Source: a virus. Taken from it: a stretch of DNA of 64,000 bases. Numbering within the stretch: position 1 is the first letter of the stretch; every line of letters begins with the position of its first letter. The translations under genes were made by a program, and so were the position numbers. The stretch covers positions 32,001-96,000 of the IMG/VR virus record IMGVR_UViG_3300011115_001056; one strand, given 5' to 3'. The notes under the pieces were generated by a model. It was not told the origin of the DNA. It searched no databases and worked only from the letters and a program-made list of their open reading frames with translations. Of this stretch, positions 30,026 through 42,300 are shown one piece after another.

Positions 30026-33000
30026 ATGTCAACCTACAAATCTTTTAATGAAATAGTCTCCATAATGATGGAACAGCTAAAGCTTGTTCAACCAAACCTG
30101 GATACAAAGACAGGTACAGTTTCAAGAGATCTTTTTATAGATATTCCTGCAGATCAATTAGAAAAATTATATAAATTAATTTCTATAATATCTGACAAGC
30201 AATCTCCAGATACGGCGATTGCTTCTGATTTGGATCGTTATGCGGCAAACTACGGATTAACCAGAAGATATGGTTCTCCAGCGTTAGGCGTTGCAATTTT
30301 TACAATTAACTCAATTTTTTCAGATATTCAAATTCCAAATGGATCTATTGTGACCTCAAAATCAGGAGTCAACTTTAGGACTGTTGGAAATTATTTATTT
30401 TCATCTTCTGAAAAAGGAAGGCATGCTGCAACGGCATCGAGAATTAGAAAATCACTTCAAATAGCGGGTATAAGTGATAAGTATGCTATAGAAGTTCCAA
30501 TTCAAGCATCCAGGCCTGGATCCCCTGGAAATGTTAGCTCATATCAAATTACAAATCACAATTTAGACTTTGAAATAAAAGTAATAAATCTATCATCCTC
30601 TAGTGGTGGCTCTGATGGAGAATCAGACTCTCAATTCAGAACCAGAGTTTCTTCTTTATTTTCTGGAGCAAATACTGGAACTGCACTAGGTTATAAAAAT
30701 GCAGTTCTTAGTCTCAATGGAATATCAGATGCATTAGTTGTAGAGCCTGGAAACTCACTAATGCTTAGAGATGGAACAGAAATTATTGAAATTAATGATG
30801 GAACAAAAAGAATAATTTCTTCTGGTACCGGAGGAAAGGTAGATATATATGTTCTTGGCAGACAGCTGGTAGAGGTAGCAGAATCTTTTATCTTTACCGA
30901 CTCTTCTGGAGTTGGGGCCACAAATGATGAAAGAAATGACTATATTTTAGGCCAAGGAAGTTTGGACCAGACCTTAACATCAGAAGAAAGAAGACTCTCT
31001 GCAATATCGTCTGGAAATTTACCACTTCAGCCAGTATCCAATCTTGTCACTATCTCTGGAAGCTCATCGGGAGTCTTATCTCCAAAATTAACCTCTTCTA
31101 CTGGCATAGTATCTGGAAATTATGAACTAATAAAAGATACAAATCCAGATACTGGAGGTAGCCCATTCTGTTTTGACAAGATTCATTTTATCTCTGGAAG
31201 CAAGACAGTTAGTGCAGAGTCTATTGTAAAAAGATCTTTTAATGCCATCTCAAGACTAAATTATACTGATGTAAAAGACATTGATTCAATTTATTCAGAT
31301 ATTATAATTTCTTCTGAAAATTCAAATGTTTCCGTTGCCGACAAATCAATAATTTATACTCTACATAAGCCTATTTTGTCAGTATCTTCCATTCAAAATA
31401 AAACAACTGGAGAATATTATACCGTTGAGTTATTAGAAACCAATACAGACACAGGACTAAATGATTCCGGTACTTTTAAAATAAGTGGAAAAAATCTTCC
31501 AAATCAATCTGACATACTTTCCGTATCATATACTTGGCGAAAGTATTTTGATAAATATATTGATTATAATGGATACAGCTTAAGATCTAAAGACTCTGAA
31601 ACATCAATAGATTCTATTGATTGGGGATATTCTAATTTTATTAGAGAAGAATCTTCTACAATAGAAAGATCTGATGATGAAAATTCATATATAGTTAACA
31701 TCTCAAATGATATAAGCAGAATCTCATCATTATTTTTGCAGGTTGTTGAAACATCAACAATTCAATCCATAGTATTTGGGGCTGCACCTAAAAGCGCAAT
31801 TGTTATTACTTTAGCAGCAGAAATAACTAACATAAACAGAATCACAAATACACTAGGAATGGAAATATTTAATACATCAAAGTCTGATGGTTATTTTTCT
31901 GGCACAACAATAGTTCTTCCTTCTGACTCTCCAGCTATAGTTGGAGATTCTGTAATTGTTTATTTTAATAAAGTTGAGCTCTATAATATTGAAAATACCG
32001 ATGCTTCTTTTTTTAATAGCACTATAAACTTACCATCAGATTCTGTTCTTGATCTGAATGGTTTAACCGATATTATTTTTGATGCATATACTGGTGGAAT
32101 AGAAGTTTTTGCATCTTATTATGCAAATCTAGAGATATTAGTAACAAAATACGCATTATCTGCCATACCAATTACTGGCTCTGAGTCATCTTCTTCACTT
32201 TCTGATTCATCTTTATTAAGTATAGACCCTTCGATTCAACCAGTAGTATTTGAATATAATGATTCTTTGGTTGTTACTGATTACATTAGATATTGTCCAA
32301 CACAATTACTGATGGAGCTGACTGACTCAAATAGATCTGGAAAGATTAGATTAACTGGAAATACACTAACTAGAGCCTCTTTCGATCTTACTTATGGTGT
32401 TGATGCCTCGGGCCTGACATTTGAGTTATCATCTTATATAAAGAATTTATTTTCAGTAGCGGCTCTCGACTCTTCTTACTATGTGGCCAGAGTCGATGAA
32501 GTTTTTGTTATGGGTGATTCTGGAGAAAAATTATATTCATTTGATACATTAGGATATCAGATCTTAAATAACAAATTTGATGTAGGTTTTTCATCATCAT
32601 ATCTTGGCTTATTACCAACAAAGTTTACTCTCTTATCAAATCAAGCCAATTCGGCAATACCATTATCTTCTGGTTCAAAAATATCTGTAAAATTATTGAT
32701 AGCCAAAGAAAATGATTCAGAAGATGTTTATTTTTCAACAAATGGACAAATTTATTCCTCCAAAACATATGCAACAATAACTAAAATAAGCATAGCCTCT
32801 GGATTTAGAGGACCTACGGGAAATATTATTGGAAATCTAGCACTATTTGTTGGTAACCAGCCTCCAACTAACAATGTTTTTTATGCTGATTATAATTTCT
32901 TAGCGCCAAAAGAAGGAGAAAGAATTTCAATTAGATATAATCTTAATAGATTGATTCTAGATGCAACAAACGGGGTTGAAAATGTCAGACCTATAGCTGC

Positions 33001-33343
33001 AGATGTTCTTGTAAAGGAAGCCTCAGAATTACTAGTAGATATTTCTGGGCAAATATTAATCAATGATAATCAAATACAAAATACTGACTTTATTGTTCAA
33101 AATGCTGCTGATGAAATCTCAAAAGCTCTATCTACAAATATTTTAGGTCCAACTGTAGATTATTCTGATATAATTTCTGCTGCAGCAAAAGTTTCTGGAG
33201 TTGACTCCGTAAATATATCTCTATTTAATATATCTGGCTCAACTGGAAGAAAATCTTTTATTAGAGCTTTAGACAATCAAACAATCAATCCTGGTAATAT
33301 ATTTTTAGAAGCTGTATCCCGAAAAGACTTCAGAATAAGCTAA
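30026..33343 (+). CDS. Baseplate J-like wedge protein (gp6/gp47 family) with internal insertion
   Basis: DLDRYAANYGLTRRYGSPALG...IPNGSIV...VPIQASRPGSPGNV...GGSDGESDSQFRTR...GTALGY...GKVDIYV; C-terminal VDYSDIISAAAKVSGVDSVNI. Confidence 0.88.
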   Translation: MSTYKSFNEIVSIMMEQLKLVQPNLDTKTGTVSRDLFIDIPADQLEKLYKLISIISDKQSPDTAIASDLDRYAANYGLTRRYGSPALGVAIFTINSIFSDIQIPNGSIVTSKSGVNFRTVGNYLFSSSEKGRHAATASRIRKSLQIAGISDKYAIEVPIQASRPGSPGNVSSYQITNHNLDFEIKVINLSSSSGGSDGESDSQFRTRVSSLFSGANTGTALGYKNAVLSLNGISDALVVEPGNSLMLRDGTEIIEINDGTKRIISSGTGGKVDIYVLGRQLVEVAESFIFTDSSGVGATNDERNDYILGQGSLDQTLTSEERRLSAISSGNLPLQPVSNLVTISGSSSGVLSPKLTSSTGIVSGNYELIKDTNPDTGGSPFCFDKIHFISGSKTVSAESIVKRSFNAISRLNYTDVKDIDSIYSDIIISSENSNVSVADKSIIYTLHKPILSVSSIQNKTTGEYYTVELLETNTDTGLNDSGTFKISGKNLPNQSDILSVSYTWRKYFDKYIDYNGYSLRSKDSETSIDSIDWGYSNFIREESSTIERSDDENSYIVNISNDISRISSLFLQVVETSTIQSIVFGAAPKSAIVITLAAEITNINRITNTLGMEIFNTSKSDGYFSGTTIVLPSDSPAIVGDSVIVYFNKVELYNIENTDASFFNSTINLPSDSVLDLNGLTDIIFDAYTGGIEVFASYYANLEILVTKYALSAIPITGSESSSSLSDSSLLSIDPSIQPVVFEYNDSLVVTDYIRYCPTQLLMELTDSNRSGKIRLTGNTLTRASFDLTYGVDASGLTFELSSYIKNLFSVAALDSSYYVARVDEVFVMGDSGEKLYSFDTLGYQILNNKFDVGFSSSYLGLLPTKFTLLSNQANSAIPLSSGSKISVKLLIAKENDSEDVYFSTNGQIYSSKTYATITKISIASGFRGPTGNIIGNLALFVGNQPPTNNVFYADYNFLAPKEGERISIRYNLNRLILDATNGVENVRPIAADVLVKEASELLVDISGQILINDNQIQNTDFIVQNAADEISKALSTNILGPTVDYSDIISAAAKVSGVDSVNISLFNISGSTGRKSFIRALDNQTINPGNIFLEAVSRKDFRIS

Positions 33344-33353
33344 AGAGAGATTG

Positions 33354-36300
33354 ATGTTAAGACCAATATTATTTAAGATAATATCCACAACTCAGCTAAA
33401 AATTGGATTTAACTATCCAGTTGCTGATAATATATCTATTGATAACTTCAAAGTGGAGGCAATCTCCGGATCAGATACTGATATAGAGATATTATCTATT
33501 CAAATTGATGGAAGCTCAATTCTTTTAAATACTAGGCCACATCATGCTAAAGCCTATTACGTTCTCAAGCTACAGGATACAGATACTGCAGAATTTGTTA
33601 ACACAAAGGGTCTGCCTTTAATTAATGATGATATTTCTAGAGATATTTATTTTATTGGAATAAATAAACCCAATCAAATAAGAGATGACATCTTTTTCAA
33701 AACTCCAAGTATCTATAATCTTCAGGGTTCTCTTGTAGAGTCTGTTTTAAGTAATCAAGCATCTCAATTACTTCAAGCACAACATGATATTGGAAGCCTT
33801 CTTAACGATAATTATATTTCTCAGACAATTACCGATGAGTACAGAGTTAGAGGACAGGGTGCGACAGATCGCCTATCGAATGAAAATGGGTATCAGATAG
33901 ATCGAATCTCTACTTTTCCAACAAACTCCTCTATCCTTGCAAAGACTATAGAGATAGAACCTACCACCATATACCCCATCTGCTTGAGACAAGAGCTTGT
34001 TGATTCATTTCAGATTGATTCCAGTACAACGTCTGCAATATTTAAAGGATTTTTAGTCTCTCTTCCAAATAAGAATATTATAAAGGTTTCTTACGCAAAA
34101 TTAATAAAATCAAATGATATACAAGATTGCGATGGAAATATTGGAACAGAATATAATCTCGCCAGATTTAAATACTCCTTATTAAAAAACAGATATGATC
34201 AGGAAAATTCACTTCCCAATTATTCTTTAGAGAGTAATCAAATTTTATTTTCTGACTTTGGTAATTGGGAGAGGCCAGAGTTTGGTGACACAATAATAAT
34301 ATCTTATTATTATGATAACTCTGCAATTTCAATAATAAATAGCTCAATTCAAGTTTATGAAACAACTTCTGTTTTAAATGAAAGTATTCCATCTAACTCT
34401 AAAAACTTTTCCTTATCTCACGGATTAATTATAGACTCTTCAGATGAGCAGCCAGAATTGTATGGAGTTTCTTTTAAAAAATCAGAAAACTCTACATCTG
34501 TTCCTGCTCAATTTTTAAAAGAATTGATCTATAATTTTTCATCCTTACCATCTCAAACTGGTGAGTTCTCCATCAATTATGAGACTGGGGATGTGTTTGT
34601 CGTAGGTACGACCGTTGGCGAGGGAACTGGATATAACTACTTTTTTGCAGACTATAGGTACAAAAAAGTTTATAAACAAGATCTTGACTACAGTCTTTTA
34701 AATTCTGAAATAAATCTAAATTACCTTAGACCACTATTTGGTAAAACTATAAAAATATCATTTGATTATGAATTAATATTTGCAGAGGGAATAGACTATA
34801 AGCCAATGACTCACCAGGAGGTCCTTGGCGAAATGATTGAGAATAGAGTAACCTCATCATTCTCTCTAACTACAAAAAATAGTCCAATTACTGATGTCTT
34901 TAGAATATACAACCAGACCACTGGAGAGGTGTATTCTTTAAATTACTTTAATGGGAATGAAGTATTTTTCACAGGAAACAAACTTCCAAGCGGTAAAGAA
35001 GTTTTTGGTGAATCTCTAAAATTTACAAAAAAGAGTGGAGAAGAGCTTTATGCCTCAGGTATATTTATCTCTCCGGTTCATTATGGAACAATAACCTCTA
35101 ATTTAAGCAATTTAAATATTGAATTTTCTCCAGGCTTGCCATCAGAATTTATTGATGAGCTATCAACCAATTATGTTATTAGATTTTTAGAGCAAAATAT
35201 TGATGATTATAAAATCACTGCATTTTATGCTCCAGATACAAATGGCCTAATCAAAGGATTCTCTATAGCCTCCGGGTTAACACTTCCCAGTACCGGAACA
35301 GCAATTCAGATAGGAACAAATTCTTTAATCTTTAATTTGCCAGATAACAGAATTCTTAATGCAACGGGTGATGGAGTAGGCTCTGCCCTCAACTCATCTC
35401 TTGAGGTTGATGGCAATCTTTTTCAAAATGAAAAATTCTTCAAGCCAATATCTTCAAACAATGAGCTAACAGTTTCATCATCTGGAAGCCAGACTTATGT
35501 GATCTCTTCTGATCAGGCTGGAACTTTAAATACAAATTTATCTAGATTAAGAAAGTTTGGTGATTATTCAGTAGACTATCAGAATGGTGTAATTTACTTA
35601 TCAGTTAATTCTAACTCCAGCTTTAATGGTGGCCTTGTGGCATACCTTAATTCTATAGGCTTAGCTAAAAATAACAATGTAATATCTGTAATTAATGCTT
35701 ATAAAACACTTAACAATTCAGATAGCTCTAGCTTAGTTCCTTATTCATCTTTTGATTTTTCAAAATCAACAATAACTATAAAAGACTTAGAGACAACAAC
35801 ATCTATTTATGATGGCTCAGATATAATCAGCAATTCTGGAGAAATAAAAGAAAGGCTCTTCGTTGATGAGTCATACACTCTACTAGTAGATAGAAAAATA
35901 TCTTCAATAAAATATATAGGCTACTTGGAAGACATCTTTGGATTAAATTTAGACTCTACAGTTGAATCAGAAAGATATTTAGAAAGTGGTGCCACTACTT
36001 TGCTTTTAAAAGCAAATAACGGTGGTAAAAATATATATATTCCAGAATATGTTAGTTTCTCTGATAATATAATTGATTTCAAATCATCTTCCACTTCTAA
36101 GTTTTATACTTCTGGCCCTAGCCTTGAAATCAAATTTAAAACTATAGATTTTAATGCTATCTTTGAAGTATTAAATCAAGGCGGAACGAGACTTTTAGAT
36201 CCTAATCTTAATTTTATAGTTGACTCCGAAATTAATGTTAGCTCAATTATAAACTATTCCACTACAGAATATCAGGTATTTTTCGACTCTGTTGATTCAA

Positions 36301-39300
36301 AATATTCTTTTAATTCTGGGTTTGATTATATTTGGAATGGAACAGATAGATGGTTAATAACCGGCTTTTCTACTTCTGGATATTTTATTATAAATAAAGC
36401 CTCTGAAGTTTATTCCTTAAACTTCTCAGAGACATCTTTTGACTTAGTAATAAGACCAATTATTTTACCTGGCACCCAAACCACCATATCTTATCCGGTA
36501 AATAATTTCATTTCTGTAAACTCCATCGCAACATTGAAGTATGTTACAACATATTCTCCGCAACCAGGAAGTGGACTCGCAGTAGACTATAGTAGCGGCA
36601 ATATATTTGTAGATTATGTTCATCTAAATGATGAGATAATTGTTTACTATGAGTACGGTGATAATGAAATAGATTGGAGCATAAATAATTCTATATCAGA
36701 AGGCCAGTCTTATTTTGTTACATACAAATATGGTGCATTAAGAAGCGCACTTAAGAGAAATTTTGGAAGACTTACTTCTATTCCATTCTTTAACAATCAA
36801 TCCCTCTCTATTGATAGGGAGCTATATAGAGATGCTGTTGCTGGAGTTCTTTCTGCATTTCCAAAAGGACCAACTATTCCTGCAATCTCTGGACTAGTTA
36901 AGAGTGTAGTTAAAACTAATCCAGAAATAAATGAGCTTACCTTTGGATCTTGGATATTAGGAAGAGATTATCTTTCTCCAGAATCGGTTTCATACAAAGG
37001 TAGTCTTGAGTTTTTGGATGGTAGATTTGGATCTGGATTAAGGATAAATAAAGACAACGTAATATCGATTCCATCCGTCTCAAACCTATCACTCGATGAA
37101 GGTACTGTTGAGATGTGGGTTACTCCAGACTGGTACGGAGTTAATAACGACGCCGACTTAACATTCTCATTTACCAACATTGGTAATGCAAAGTGGTTCT
37201 ATATTGGTGGAGATCCATTCTCAAGCAAGTCGGGCTACGATGTTGTTGGCTCTTGGGATACTAATGATGCCAGACATGGCTTTGACTTTAGTGGAAATAA
37301 GCTTAGAATCTATAAAGTATCCTCAGAGCAAGATGGATATGTTACTAGCGATTACAATGCATTATTTGGAGTATATAAAAAAGAACTATCCCTAAATAGA
37401 GAAACTTCTATTTTACAAACATCAGAATTTTTAATAAATTATTCATATCTTCCAAGAAATAGTTCTTCTTTTTCTGAACTTGTAACATCAGGATCTTATA
37501 GGGCTGCTGGCCTGGTTATTGATAATGATCACAAGACTATGTTTGTTAAAGTTGCAGGCTCTACATACAAAGATGCCGGTTTAACAAAGCTCTTTTTGGT
37601 GGAATCAGAAACCTCTGATTCACTTCTTGATTTTGGACCTCCTTATCCTACGGCCAGTTGCAAATGCTCCTTTCCTTCCCAGATTGGTGTTTTGGAAAAT
37701 TTTGATAAATTAGAAATAAAGATCACTTTTAATGATTATCTCTTAAAGTCAGATCTTTTTAGCGAAAATTTCTGGGGAAGTGAATCTCCAGGATCACTCA
37801 TAATTGTCGATGAGAAGGGAAGATTCTTCCAGGTATCAGGTTTGGGTGATCTTTATGGCAAGAGATACACCTCATCTATACCAGATATTATTTCTGAAAT
37901 ATATTTATCAAGATATCCAATTAATTATCCAGAATTAACTGGAAAAGATTATAACTCAATAAACGATATCTCTTTTTCTCAGTTTATAATTGTAAAAAAA
38001 CAAATAAGCTTAGAATTAAAAGAAGATCAGAAGAGTTCCTTATTCTATTCTAATGACTATATTTGGAATTTCAACTGGGACAATAAGATAAAAGTTATTT
38101 CTTCAATTAATCCAATAACTAACCAGGCTAGTATAGGAAGCGGCCTATTTACCAGTCCATTCTTCTATACCGATCTTCCGGATAGTAACCTATATTCTAT
38201 AGTTGGTGATACAGTAACTTCCAAGTCTACCGCAATTGGCGTATTTGGAATATCATCAATGAATATTTTTAAAAACTTAATTGATGTTAAATATAAATTT
38301 AATTATAATGATATTTGGATAGGAAGTGCTGGAGTACATCCAAATTCTAATATCTTTACTTTGAATAGATTTGATTCAAAGATAGATTCTAATGGAATTT
38401 CTTATAAATTTGATACACAAGACGGAATTTATATTGGATATGATAGCGAGTGTCTTTCTCCAATAAATAATAATATTGGACAATGGGTATTACGCGCAAG
38501 ATTCTTAAAGTATAGTCAACTACCATATGATGTTGAGATTTCTGACTCTGGTGCAGAAAACCTGATGGAATATGTTTCTATTGACTCTCCTGTAATAGGG
38601 AGAATCACTAGCAGCGGTGCATTCTCCTCCATCACCAAGGGAAGACGGACTATATCTGATTCCTGCAAAGATACCGCAACTTGCTCTAAGCATTTTCGAT
38701 TCTTAGGAAACAAGCTGCTAGACTTTGACGGCTGGTCATTAATGCAAGAGTCAGAATCTGAATTTATAGATATTATTCATGGCGGAAGAGAAGCGGAGTC
38801 TTTCTCATGGAGAAGGCTTGGTGAATTTCAGACTGAAAATTCTTCCGGCATCTATAGAGTAAGCTCATTCACCTCTCTTGATAACCCCGAGGATTATTTC
38901 TCATCTTCTGCAGGATTAACAGTTCAAAATTCATGTAATCTTGGAAATATAGAGCTTGTCGTTAGTGCAAAAATTGTTTCCATAGATTCTGGAGTTTACT
39001 CCCTATCTAATAATGGTGTAATTCTATCGTCTGGTATCACTATTGCTGAAATTAACTCTGGAGATTATGATCTTGGAATAACACTGGATGTGGATGTTAG
39101 TTTAAACGGACTCGTCTCCATCTATAATTTTGCAAATGGTCAAACTGTCTCTTCTGAGTCATTTAATTGGAATGATTCATTATTTCACAAATATACTCTA
39201 TTAATCGATAGGGAAAACTCTATAGTTACTCTTTATATTGACAACGTTGTGGTTAGTCAAAAAGATCTATCTTCTATTGCAACTTATTCTGCGGATGAAT

Positions 39301-42300
39301 GCTCTTTTAATTCTAGTCCCAGTTTTTCCACAATATTTGTCGATCAAAGATTAATCTCTTCTGAGAATTATATTACAGCGCTGTCCTCACCAATAATAGA
39401 CCTAAACCTTGTTGAGTCTAATTCAAATTATAACCCCGGAATAATCAAGCTTGAAGATTCTGATATCTTTATTGTCTCAAACTCTTCTGCCACATTTGAG
39501 TTGCATCCAAATCCAAACGAATTTGATCAAATAGACATTGATGGCTACATTACAGAGTCAGATGTTGATGAAATTATGATCACTTCTGACAATGAGAGAT
39601 ATCTTCTTGACTCCGGATTGTCAGAAGATAATTCAAGATTCTCTATTTTTAAGGATGGAAAAGGATTTCTTAACTTTAGAATAATAGATGGTAACAAAAA
39701 AGATCCATCTATATACAACCTTGCTACAAATATTAAGAACTTTATCCCAGGGGAAAGACATCATATTGCTGCCAGCTGGAAATTAAACTCCACCTTTGAA
39801 AAAGACGAAATGCACCTCTTTATTGATGGTCAAGAATCACCAAATCTATTTAAGTTTGGAGGAACAGCCCCACTACGCTTTAACTCTAAATTCTCTGATA
39901 TTAGCAAGGAAGTTCTTTGGAATTACCTAGAAAAGAAGATTATTTTCCCAGACGAAATTCAAGACGGTGTAGTGGTAGGTGGAACAAATGTACTCAATTC
40001 ATCTACACTGGTAATATCAAGTGATTTGATTGGAAGATCAATTATATTTGGAGACCTGAGTAGCATTCCAGGAAAAATGGTTATAGTGTTGGAAGTTGGA
40101 TCTGGCTGGGTTGCAGTAGGTGATCCAATCACAACCGAGCCATATATTTTTCAAGGATCTGAGGTCGGTATGCCATTCTCCTTGGCTCCGTATTCCAATA
40201 ATATTCTTACCGACCTGGAAAATGAAAGATTCTCTATATTTAGAACCTCTTGCGATGGGATTGAGGAGGAGTTTGGAGGTCTGGGATACTCGATTCAAGA
40301 TGGGTCAATAATAATCTCGAATTATCCAGACTATGTTGGATATAGATATAACAAAATCTCTAAGCTTATAGAGTTTGTTAAAATAAATGAATCTTGTAGT
40401 TATGTTTCTTCAGCATCCAAAACAGATATAAATATTCATATCAAGACATATGGGTTGACTGGAAGACGCTTTAGAGATATCATGAGCTTGTCCGGTACGT
40501 CGTTATTTTCCGATGAAGGATCTGATCCTTTAGGAACTCCTAATTCTAGAGATGGTTATAGTCTAATTATGACGACTGGACCAAGACCTAGAAATCTTGC
40601 AGATGTTATTATCAAAAAATATCTATCTTACAATTACTCTATTCCCTCCGGTACGGTCACAGATGGTGGAGGCGGGATCTTCATATCTGATTTTGAACTA
40701 TCACTAACCGATGCTTTCACATCACTTCAGACTGTAAATATTTCCAAAAATAATGATGGAAGATATTTAGAAATTCAATTTGACTCAGATAACATTAATT
40801 ATGGTTCAACAAATACCATCGTAGTTCATGGCATAACTCCAGGTGGTCCATCAACAGAATCTATTTTGGTTAATAAAAACGGATCTTTCTTTACTCAGGA
40901 CAGATATCTTGAAGTTGAAAAGATTACCGGACAATTAGAAATAATAGACCCCGATTACGAGTTTGTATCAATTGTGAATGTTATTGAGGCAAATTCAATA
41001 TTTACTCAAGATGGCTCTGGTGATTATGCTGAAATATATCGATTCTCAAATGGAACATTTGTCTTATCTGTAGCAGGAAGCACATCTTATTCTGCATTTG
41101 AGTTGCCTCCTGGTTACTATTTGATTGATTACTCTTCAACATTAAGAGTATCTATTCCAGAGTTAGGACACAAGCTATATATTGGTAACGATATAACAGA
41201 AAGAAAGTATCTTGCAGGTTCTGTAGATGAGTTTCAAATTCTAAATACCAAGCTTAGCGATCTGAGACCCTGGGAACCTTCAGCCTCTGGGGTAAGGACA
41301 ATCACAGAAGATTTCTATAAACAAAATCCAGCCTGTATTACAAATTCTACTCTTGCCTTAATTGACTTTGAAAATCCAATTGAAAAGCAATCCAGAAGAT
41401 TAAGAAATAAAAAGTTTTTAGATACAGATCGAAACTTTACTTATACCCTCTCATTACAAGATAGAGAGACACTCTTAGAGCATATAAATAATGAAGAAGT
41501 ATTTGTCTCTTATATGATATTTCTAGGATATTCAGAAGAAACTGCGGAAGAAGTATTTTTTGAGTGCAGCAAAGCAGAATCTGGACCACTTTATAATTTG
41601 GCAAGTTATCTTCCAAAAATTGGAACTCAACAGATCTCGCCCAACTCAGTTAATTCTTCATTTGGACAGTCTGGCAGATTTGAAAATAGGGCTGGGTTAA
41701 TACTCGGCAATAATAACAATACCTTAAGGAATGATTCTGGAACAGTAGAGTTTTGGTATCAGCCAAAACTTGATACATTTAATGATGGCGATACTAGAGT
41801 TCTTTTTGAATCCTCTTCTATTCTGGCGAATAGAGTTACATCAGTAACTCCATACTTAATTAAGTTAGCTACACCTGCCTCAAAGATACTTTCTATAAAG
41901 TTGATTTCATCTGGTAAGCTTAATAATGAGCAGTATTATTCTCAATCTGAAAAATCTCAAATAATCTTTAATGAGATTACTACCGTAGAGTCAACTGGGC
42001 GATACTCCAGAGGAACCGGCACAGATAAGGACTTCTCCACAGGGGGCAGGCTTTCTCCAAACGGCTTAGAGGTAATCCTTGCCGATGGTCTTCCTGGGGC
42101 AATGATAGACGTAATAGTCACCTATATTCCTAAGCAATACTCTGGGGAAAAGATATCAATCTATAAAGATCCCTTCTCTAGAATAATTGCAAGAGTTGAA
42201 AGCACTGACTATGCATATCTTATTCCCTGTGATGTATATTGGGTTGAAGAGTCTTGGCATAGAATATCCTTATCCTACAACTTTAATGGCAACGTAAAGT

